Assembly: GCF_022539665.2 (NCBI RefSeq)
Contig: NC_081331.1
Coordinates: forward strand, 4,464,001-4,528,000
Source: Daphnia carinata
Taxonomy: Eukaryota
Length of the DNA stretch: 64,000 nucleotides
Reading direction: 5' to 3'
Made by a program: the position numbers and the translations under genes. The number at the start of each line of letters is the position of its first letter. Positions within the stretch are counted from its first letter, which is position 1. Shown here piece after piece: positions 54,991 to 64,000 of this stretch. Under the pieces are notes generated by a model. It ran no database searches. It saw only the letters and a program-made list of their open reading frames with translations, and was not told the DNA's origin.

Positions 54991-56043
54991 AAGAATTTTC
55001 TTCAAATAATTTTGAATTTATGACGAAGAATTTCTCTTCCATTTTGCCAACCAGGTGTAATCTACAAAAAAAAAAAATTTATCCGATAGGAAAGGATTTT
55101 CAGCATACTGGGAACACAACTATCAACAATGCAACATTCTAGGGGTGCTATTTTATCATTCAAGAGCCTTATACAATGATTTTCATCTGCAATTTGTATG
55201 GCCTTTCCCAAGCTTCTGCCAGAAGTTGAATCTATAAGTCATGTAAGTCACATGAGCAACAATTGAGATGCTTAATGGTGTTTTTGTTTTCTCAGCATAG
55301 GTTAATAGTAACATTGGATCTGGAAAGATTCTTGGTTGGGGCAAGACACTGAATAAATTGTAATGATTGAATGGATGACATGACATTTCTATACTTCATT
55401 CGGATTCCCGAGACGGTATTTTATATTTAAAAAATTGAAGTGCATATCTGGGCTCCCTTCCTTTCCGTAGCCCCGTTTCCCCTTGACTCGTAATAAGCCC
55501 GTAGGGGGTCATGCCCCTACTGTACGGTATATATAAAAACAACATATACCGAGGTTTGGAGGGCTCTGGCCGGAAAGGGGACGTGGATGTCCGCTTAGTC
55601 CGATGATGTGTTCACGGAGGGCTCTGTGGCTACCCACAAATCCGAACTAAAGGTTAATCGCTCCTGTAAAAATGTTCCAAATCTTCAGCTCTTCTTCCGG
55701 CTTCTCTTAGCCAATCACCGGGTAATCTCCCCGGTGGGTCAACAAGGCAGTGTCTCCCCCTGCCTGGGTTGACGGCAACTTTTGAAAGGGCTATTGTGCC
55801 TTTTTAAAGTTGCAAAAATAATTGTAACGTGCAGAGAATTGTCAATAAATTTTTTTTTTCATAAAATATTTTTTGCAAAATTTGTCTCTTTCATTGTCTG
55901 TGTTCGCTGTGTTCACACATTACATATATCGCCTTTTTTTTTTATTTAGCTTGCTCAATTCACCTATATTGTTTTATGCCAACTTTGTTGGTATGCATTG
56001 TTTCCATTGGATTATCGTTTATCTGTAAGCATTCAATTATTAT
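53765..56043 (+). repeat. Left arm of large inverted repeat (~2.28 kb)
   Basis: Reverse complement of 56550-58811; identical 67-aa ORFs at 55183-55386(-) and 57179-57382(+); starts ACTATGGCAATATGGCAATCCGTTTTAC. Confidence 0.97.
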
Positions 56044-56106
56044 CCAGGGATCGAACGCTGGATGTTTGGCATACCGCGCCGATGCTCTACCAATGAGCCA
56101 TGAATC
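56036..56106 (-). other. Degenerate tRNA-like unit 1 (Pol III A/B-box)
   Basis: Minus strand TGGCTCATTGGTAGAGC...GTTCGATCCC with tRNA spacing; acceptor stem does not pair. Confidence 0.6.
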
Positions 56107-56221
56107 ATATGATGTCAAGTTGGCTTTTTTCTAGTCACTTGCGGACTTGCATTTACACTTTGAATAAAACTGAAATGCATTACTGCAATATTCTTTTCTC
56201 CATTTAAATGTAGATCTTTAT

Positions 56222-56291
56222 ACATCTAGTAAGGTTTGAACCCAGGGTAACAGTTATCGCAGCTGAATGCTCTACCACAGAGCTATGGACC
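56222..56291 (-). other. Degenerate tRNA-like unit 2
   Basis: Minus strand GGTCCATAGCTCTGTGGTAGAGC...GGGTTCAAACC. Confidence 0.6.
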
Positions 56292-56387
56292 TTACGAAAG
56301 CAATAGAAAGATAAACATATAGTTGTGAAAGACTGCATAAACATCCTAGACGATAACATATTATATGCGATAATAAAATTCTAAACA

Positions 56388-56458
56388 TATCTCGTGGCTT
56401 AATGTTAGAGCATCGGCGTTGCACGCTGAATGTCTGGGGATCGATTCCCATGCCAGTA
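56388..56458 (+). other. Degenerate tRNA-like unit 3 (Ala-TGC-like anticodon arm)
   Basis: TGGCTTAATGTTAGAGC, TCGGC-GTTGCAC-GCTGA arm, GGGATCGATTCCC T-arm. Confidence 0.55.
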
Positions 56459-56549
56459 AAACAATATATAATTACAAAATTACTTCAGAAAATATCCAGG
56501 TATTACACGTTGTTCCTTGTCTAAGTTCAAGAATTCAAAAAGTGTTATA

Positions 56550-58811
56550 ATAATAATTGAATACTTACAGATAAACAATACAACGGTGGCAAAAACAATA
56601 AAGATGAATTGAGCAAGCTAAATAAAAAAAAAATTGGTAATTATAATGCGTGAGCAAAGCGAACACAGACAATGAAAGAGACAAGTTTTGCAAAAAATAT
56701 TTTATGAAAAAAAAATTTATTGACAATTCTCTGCACGTTACAATTATTTTTGCAACTTTAAAAAGGCACAATAGCCCTTTCAAAAGTTGCCGTCAACCCA
56801 GGCAGGGGGAGACACTGCCTTGTTGACCCACCGGGGAGATTACCCGGTGATTGGCTAAGAGAAGCCGGAAGAAGAGCTGAAGATTTGGAACATTTTTACA
56901 GGAGCGATTAACCTTTAGTTCGGATTTGTGGGTAGCCACAGAGCCCTCCGTGAACACATCATCGGACTAAGCGGACATCCACGTCCCCTTTCCGGCCAGA
57001 GCCCTCCAAACCTCGGTATATGTTGTTTTTATATATACCGTACAGTAGGGGCATGACCCCCTACGGGCTTATTACGAGTCAAGGGGAAACGGGGCTACGG
57101 AAAGGAAGGGAGCCCAGATATGCACTTCAATTTTTTAAATATAAAATACCGTCTCGGGAATCCGAATGAAGTATAGAAATGTCATGTCATCCATTCAATC
57201 ATTACAATTTATTCAGTGTCTTGCCCCAACCAAGAATCTTTCCAGATCCAATGTTACTATTAACCTATGCTGAGAAAACAAAAACACCATTAAGCATCTC
57301 AATTGTTGCTCATGTGACTTACATGACTTATAGATTCAACTTCTGGCAGAAGCTTGGGAAAGGCCATACAAATTGCAGATGAAAATCATTGTATAAGGCT
57401 CTTGAATGATAAAATAGCACCCCTAGAATGTTGCATTGTTGATAGTTGTGTTCCCAGTATGCTGAAAATCCTTTCCTATCGGATAAATTTTTTTTTTGTA
57501 GATTACACCTGGTTGGCAAAATGGAAGAGAAATTCTTCGTCATAAATTCAAAATTATTTGAAGAAAATTCTTTTCATACCTAAAGAGTCTATGTATGATG
57601 TTCATCTCTGCAACAGCAGCAAAATTAAAACATCTTTAGGGCCATTTAAGTACCCAGCTTCACCAACACTGTGAACATAAAGGACAAGTTGTTCTTTAGC
57701 AAGAGAAGCAGAATTATTTGAGGCTTCTAGCTGTGACAGAACTATAAAGGATTGCTAATACACAGGATTCATTCACACAAGATGGTACTTCTCATTAGAC
57801 AATTTGCATACTCTATTACTTTACCTCATACCTTAATGGTAATGCACTTTCAGTGTTTTTCAACTGCAGGCTCACTCTTCCATCCTGTAACATTTCCAGA
57901 CTTGACTTGATTCCCCACTAAAATTCTGTGAATGCAAAATAATAGCATTAAAAATACTTTTTCTATAGACAAAAAACCGAAAAGTACCTAATCTATGTTT
58001 TATGTTGAACTCGTGCTATTTCTGGGTTTCCGTACCACATCCATATTCAGCCCAAATACGGTCCCACAATTGTTCAGTTTCTTCACTGCATGAGCTTATT
58101 ACTAACAATTCTTTTAGTGCAGCACTAACAGAATTTAACTTTAACACACTGTCAGGTAGTGGACTGAATAACTAAGCAATAAATAATTGTTTTTTAAAAT
58201 TCTATACTTATTTTGAATTCTTATTTGAAAAGTTTAGGTACCTGGCTGTGTTCACCTAATGCCAACTCATCCTCACATTCAGTTAGGGATGAGTTTGGAA
58301 AAACCTCCTTCACTGTTTGGAAACTGTTCCGTTCCAATTTGTTCTTTTCCCCTAGCTGAGCTTGAAGACTCAAAATTTGAGCTACAAAACACAAATGAAT
58401 AAAAGCAAATCAATAGAATCATTACATATTAGGCCTTACCATCCTTAGTTTTGCTGTTATCTAATATTTTGTGTTGTTCCAATAATTGGGCCTGCAGCTT
58501 CATAATTTGATCTAATAAACAATAATTAATAATTGAAAACCAATATAATAATGTTTATACTTACCATTTTTTTGTTTTATTATCTTATCCATTTTTCAAT
58601 TGTTCCTCCAGCCACGCGTTGTTCTCCAGCCACGCTACTGAACTAACTGCGAATGGAATCCAATTGACTGAAATTGCCTACGCCAGTCATAACGAGTCTG
58701 AGCGGTAGATGGCTACGTGTCGGAAAAAAAGAAAAAAGTGTGATTTTTTTTTTTTTTTTGGCGAAATTTTTTTTTTTTTTTGTGTAAAACGGATTGCCAT
58801 ATTGCCATAGT
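56550..58811 (-). repeat. Right arm of large inverted repeat (extra partial terminal unit extends to 58830)
   Basis: Ends GTAAAACGGATTGCCATATTGCCATAGT, the reverse complement of the left-arm start; carries an inverted copy of the pseudogene exons. Confidence 0.97.
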
Positions 58812-60472
58812 AAAACGGATTGCCATAGTTTACGCCCCCCCCCTAAAAAAAACCCATTTATTTTTCTATTTTACTACTATCGTCATCTATCGGTCACTTT
58901 CTAGTTAATTCTCTACATACACTCAACGAATATTTCAGTTGCATCTCGCTTGCGCTGTAGCGTACTGGCGCTTGGGCTTATTAATTGGGGCTTAAATTTC
59001 TTTTCGGCAAAAACTGACACGCATCGGAATGGCTGAATACCACAGGATATACTCAAAATTGAGTGCTGATTCCGGAAAAATTTCTATATTTTTCATTAAA
59101 TTAATAGTTTTTGAAATACATCAAATTATATGTGCTGCATCGCATCGCGCTAGCGCTGGTCGTACTGCCGCTCTAGCATTGCGTTTAATATTAGGTATAA
59201 TTCAAAAACGATTGATTTGACGTAAAAATAAACCACGCTATCGAAATCAGCGTTTAATTTTGAATTTTCTGTGTGATTTTGATCGCATTCTAAGCGTTTT
59301 CCTTTTTTGCGGATTTTGACAAAAGCGGGAAGGCTATATGCCTTCTCACTTTTTCAATTTTGGCCAAAATTTAGATTTAATTTTAAATACATTTCCGATT
59401 GGAAATTGACCGAGAATCACAAAAATGAAGTTTATTTTTACATTGGGCTTGTAGCTTAAAAAAAAAACGGAAAAAACGGAAGAAAAAAAAGCCCGACTTT
59501 CTTGAAAAAAATCACGCCAGATGGCATGGAAGTGCAGTTTCTGTTAAAACTCAATCGATAAGCGGGAAGGAAACGCAGAATGTTGGCGTATGTAAAAAAT
59601 TCAGAATTTTACTGTTGGCAACTGTAGCCTTTGTTTTTTAGTTATTTATCGGCATCAATTAGAATCAAAGCATTCTAAAGAATGTTATCACAACAATCAG
59701 TTTGACTCGTCAGAAAAGGGTTTTTTTGTTCAATAACGAGTTCACTGGCCGCGGCAGGACGAGAAAGAATCCAGTTTGTTCTAAAGCACACAGGTAGCAA
59801 AGGTATGTAAGAGGTAATGAAGAAAATACGTCCGAAATTTCACGTCGAGCTCGCGACACGTCGGTGGATCGAGCCCCCTCCCTTTCCAGCGGTGTACGCA
59901 CATGTGAACAAAAAACACGCTTAAGAACGAATCAAAACGAATAAATAAACATGGAGCGATGAAAGATATCCGAAAGTAGAGACGATTACGCCACGCATAG
60001 AGAACAAAGAACATGGGTGTGTGAGTGTGTGTGCGGGGAGATTGCGGAATTCTGTGGAAAATATATGCACTTACAACTACAAAGACAATGAAAAAGGGCA
60101 TGAAAAATAACCGGTTTCATGTTTAGCTTACACGACAACTGGCGACAGCTGAAAATAAAAGTTCACATTTGTTTTCTGCACATGGAAATACTGGTAAAAT
60201 CGACTTTGATTTTAAAACATTTTTTTCCCTCTTTCTTTTTGCTTCTATTGCTCCTATATTTATTTATATACGACTTCACACTTGAACACAAATGAAAGTT
60301 CCCATCTTCCTCCTGAGTTTGACCTCCTCGTCACCAATAAAAACCGGATCGTGGCCCCCTAGTTGACGATGGAAGGAAAACGCCGATAACACGTGTAAGG
60401 AATACCAGGTAAGAAGGAAAGAATGTCATCTTAACGTACGTGCACCATCCGTCATCCAGTGGGTTGAACAGG

Positions 60473-60473
<1 letters not shown>

Positions 60474-60512
<39 letters not shown>
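60474..60512 (+). repeat. Poly-C tract (39 nt)
   Basis: Direct read. Confidence 0.9.
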
Positions 60513-60515
<3 letters not shown>

Positions 60516-63500
60516 TTTGAAATCAGGAACTCGAGAACTTGATTTCTTTCAACATTTTTTTTTAGTCTTTTGTTTTATTTATATCTGTTTGAATGTATTT
60601 TAACATGGCCAAACACTCGCACACGCACACACAAAGTGGGGAGGGTGGGGTTCTCGCCATGATGATCAATAATCGGGAGCCATTGATTGCGTCTGCTGAC
60701 ATTCGAAGGCGCTCGCAATAAAGAAATGAACAAACAGAATAAAAACCAGTTACTCGCACACACTCGCACTACAATAGCAAATCCATTTTCAGGAGGGGGA
60801 GAAAAAAAATAGCAAAGGGATGATGGGCAAAAAAATCCAACTATTGGTCGTAAGATGTAAATGAACACAACACAGCACTACCGATGATGATATAATAATA
60901 ACAGAACACGACGCGACTCAACTTCGAAAATTCAAAACTCGTACTAAAAAGAATAAACAAACAAACAAACAAATACATAGAGCAGCACAACATTTCTCAT
61001 TTGGTTGAAATTACAAATGAACAAAAAGAAATTCATTTTTGTTTTGTTTCCTTTTCTTTTCCCCTCTCGTTTTGCTTTGTAATGATGATTACCACAATTG
61101 ATGATTGTTGTCGTAATTTCGCATTTTTTTTTTTTTTGGCAAAATTTCTGACAGAAGAAAAGGAACGGGGAGTTAGTAGAAAACGAAAACACGATGATAT
61201 AATATATATATAAATGTATATCTAGGGGTGGAGGGGAGGGATTTCATAGGCGGAGGAAAATTTTGTTTTCTTTATCGAGAAAGGAAGGCCATTTTTTGTT
61301 ACGATTTTTTTTTATACACGGGGAGGTGTGTGTGCGTAAATATATATTTCCTTTTCATATATATTTTGCGGGCGGGAAATTTGAAAGGGAGAAAGACGGT
61401 GAGAGTAGAAACCATACGCACATTTGATATCAATGTGGAGGGAGAGGGGACAGTGGGAGCGGACTCTTTCTTTTGAGGCAATAGATGTTTTTGTTTTTTA
61501 AAGACGAACTGAAAGATGTGATCATCAGCAAAAAAAAAAAAAAAAAAAAATAATAATAACTCTTTTGGTTGGTGTGAATTCACATTGGCGTTGGCAACGT
61601 TGTCATCGGTGAAGAAAGATCTCAAACACCCGCACGATTACAAGGGAAAACAAATTGATGGGGAACAGGGCAAAGAAAACAGGCACACGCTAGCTCAAGT
61701 TGATAGAACTCGGCTTGAAATAATTATATCTAGAGCACACACACACACACACCCTCCCCTATATCCTATTGAAATTTCAGAGACGGGATCGACGAAGCCG
61801 CGCTTTTTTCATGTTTGAATTTTTTTTTGTTTTTTTGAATTTTTGAGCGTTGTAATCACCTTTGCCCTTTAACGCGACAATTGGTGAAGAGGAAAGAAAA
61901 AAAGAAGTACGAAAATCTTTAGCAAAAATAGGACCACACCCAACTTCGAATACTCTCTCTCATTCTCTCTCTCGGGTTGCGTTCTCCTCTCGGCAATAAG
62001 GTACTGGGCATCAATCAAAGTATCTCACATCACTTCTTGTAATAATAAAGGACACAAACGAAGTCAGTCATCGCTACGAATTAAAAAAATAAATAAATAA
62101 ATCAAGAAAAAGTGAGAAAGAAAAAGTTTTGGTTTGAACTGGGAAGAGACGCTCCTCAATCGATGCATGTTATCATTACTGACAGCCAAAAATTAACCGA
62201 TCACGAATGATGGATGCATTTTTTTTTTTTCCAAAATGAAATTTCTGTTTTGGCCGTATTTTTTGTTTGTTTGCGAAACAATTTTCGAAACGCCGATGCC
62301 CCACGAAAACAGTGAAAAACAACGGGGTATTTCACTTGTTCAATAATTCTTAATAACATTTAAAAAAATAGGTTTCTCTCGATAAGAACGAAAGAGAAAC
62401 AAAAAGCACGCAGCAGGATTGAACTTCTTGTCTTTGACAGAAAAAAAAATATACAGATAATTATAAAAAAAAAGTACGCACACACGTATTGATTTCTAAC
62501 ACAGCACGGCCCTGGGCCAATAATATTTGACCAGTTTCACAGAATAAAACTGTCACAGAAAAAGAGAGAGACCTGCCTCATTTTCGATTGAACAATGATA
62601 ATGATGAAAAAAAAAAATAGTCGACCCGTTCTGTGGGTTCTCTTTTGGTAGAAAAAGAAAATCGCCCACAACGAAAAAAAAAAAATATTTAATTAAATAA
62701 ATAACGAAAAAATAAAATTATAGGGTCGTAATGGTAGCGTTACAACAAATAGCAAATGGGTGGAGGCACTTCTGATAACTAAAATAACTCTTATCCAATG
62801 AGTAGTTCTACAACTGCCATATGCCATTTGCCGAGAGGCAAGAATAATTGGCGTGAATTGTCTTTTAGCAAGTCAAATTGTTTCCCACTAATTAGAAAAA
62901 ATGAAATTCTTTTTGGTCTCTTCTTCACTCGTCTTTACTCAACATTTTCTTTTTCTTTCTTTCTCACAACCTTTTTTTTTTCTTTTTTTTTTTTCTCTCT
63001 TTTGTGCTGCCAATTAAGAAATCCCATCGCGGTAAGAGATGGAAATACGAAAGAGTTAGGAGGAAAAAAAAATGACACAGGTTTCCTACAAGTTTTGTTT
63101 TTTGCTTTTGACGAAAGGGAGCGAAAACGTCTCATATCCGCTTGTGCACCATTTTTCTTATTACATAATCTACTAGTTCTACATATACTCTCAAATTGTT
63201 TGTCACTTTTTCTCGCAATCTGTTCGCAGTCTTTCAGGCACTATCACTGATCACTTGTCCGAAAAATTTAGGTACAGGGTTAGAAGGGGGGAGGGCGGGA
63301 TAACTGTTGCATCTTTTCAAACTTTTTGATATAAGGATCTTTGGCGCCATCGAAAAAATTGATTCAAAAGCGAATCCAAAAGTGCAAAAGCTTCGTTCAA
63401 AGAGCAGGGCTGGAGCAGGACTCGATTAGGTTTCTTTTTTTTGTTTTTTGTTTTTTTGCTTTCCACAGAAATCGGGTTGTTAAAATTGTGTTGTTTTTTT

Positions 63501-63627
63501 TTTTTTCTGGGAAATGCTGAAATTGTCTTTACTGCCTCCCCCCCCCCTCCCATTTGCCCATCTAAAGAAAAAATGGAAAAAAAAAATTATTATCGAAAAA
63601 GAATTGTTTCCTGACTTATTTGAGTGC

Positions 63628-63835
63628 ATGTGTGTGTGTGTGTGTGTTTGTGTTTCCTTCCGAGGGAGATGCACAATAAAGAGATAGTCTGCGAGAGAGA
63701 GAGAGAGAGAGAGAGTAGACAAAGAGTTTGCAAACAAAACTATTTCCCCGGTCCGTGGGTACTGGATGTTGAGTTTGGTTGTTGGGCTTGCTGGGCGATG
63801 TTTGTTTTCTCGCTTTGTGTGTGTGTGTGTGTGTT
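63628..63835. repeat. (TG)n and (AG)n microsatellites
   Basis: TG runs at ~63629-63647 and ~63816-63834, AG run at ~63693-63714. Confidence 0.85.
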
Positions 63836-63889
63836 TGTGTTTTATTTTGTTTTCTTTTTTTTTTTTCCTTTTCTTTGGAGTCAATCTTT

Positions 63890-63984
63890 TTAAGACGCGC
63901 CCCATTCGGCAATGCGAGGCCTTTTGTGTAACGGCATCGAATCGTATTCTGAATGGCTATGATGACCCGGATCTGGCGACGACC
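63890..63984 (-). CDS. Mef2: Terminal coding exon of probable myocyte enhancer factor 2 (rest of the gene lies outside the window)
   Basis: After a TAG acceptor: SSPDPGHHSHSEYDSMPLHKRPRIAEWGAS*, matching the MEF2 C-terminal NLS pattern (KR.R.-x-W-small-small-stop); only ~30 aa visible. Confidence 0.65.
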
Positions 63985-64000
63985 CTATTTGGACATAATA

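Larger units (their letters stand above)
59420..63889 (-). other. Probable long 3' UTR of Mef2 (end approximate)
   Basis: Non-coding, homopolymer- and microsatellite-rich tract downstream of the stop; AATAAA on the minus strand at 59431-59436. Confidence 0.45.

Noticed and set aside
56036..56458. Functional tRNA genes
   Set aside because: Acceptor stems do not pair and anticodon loops are non-canonical; reported as tRNA-like only
55450..57115. Hairpin module as hammerhead or twister ribozyme, RNase MRP, telomerase RNA or CRESS-virus origin
   Set aside because: Only fragmentary motif resemblances (CCGATGA, AAGCCCG..GAGGG, ACGGGGCT, TTATTAC); the required partner motifs and stems were not found by eye
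55183..57382. Twin identical 67-aa ORFs as real genes
   Set aside because: A consequence of the inverted repeat; no recognisable protein features
53740..58845. Assignment of the palindrome to a named DNA-transposon superfamily
   Set aside because: No transposase, no clear target-site duplication and no diagnostic terminal signature
59700..63912. Many 60-150 aa Phe/Lys/His-Thr-rich ORFs
   Set aside because: Translations of homopolymers and microsatellites in UTR-like DNA
1..64000. CRISPR arrays, rRNA, prokaryotic operons or defence systems
   Set aside because: The window is intron-rich eukaryotic DNA; no regularly spaced repeat-spacer array or rRNA motifs were seen

Overview
Eukaryotic, gene-dense window with many 55-90 nt GT-AG introns; the architecture suggests a compact arthropod genome such as a Daphnia-like crustacean (inference, not verified). 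From 2.2 to 41 kb there is a tight run of multi-exon genes: LUC7L3-like, protein disulfide isomerase, TOM1-like, AGGF1-like, an SLC7 amino-acid transporter, LRPPRC, syntaxin-5, a secreted Thr/Arg-repeat protein, a strongly diverged importin-beta, PHF12-like, a WD40 protein and a small secreted YGAP-repeat protein. These are followed by an ~8 kb gene-poor stretch and a prenylcysteine oxidase. The last exon of a probable Mef2 and its apparent ~4.5 kb 3' UTR enter from the right edge. The most unusual region is 51.4-58.8 kb. A decayed multi-exon gene runs into a ~5 kb palindrome with ~2.3 kb arms, a near-identical ~1.95 kb core and diverged edges. Each arm carries a 350 bp GC-rich module of stacked hairpins, and the ~0.5 kb spacer holds three degenerate tRNA-like (A-box/B-box) units. 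This is a candidate hairpin-RNA/endo-siRNA locus or foldback element. Not visible in the ORF track are a duplicated, probably mutually exclusive, exon pair in PDI, a cluster of alternative splice sites around the LUC7L3 stop, and a candidate TOM1 microexon. Exon boundaries were read by eye and no database searches were run.
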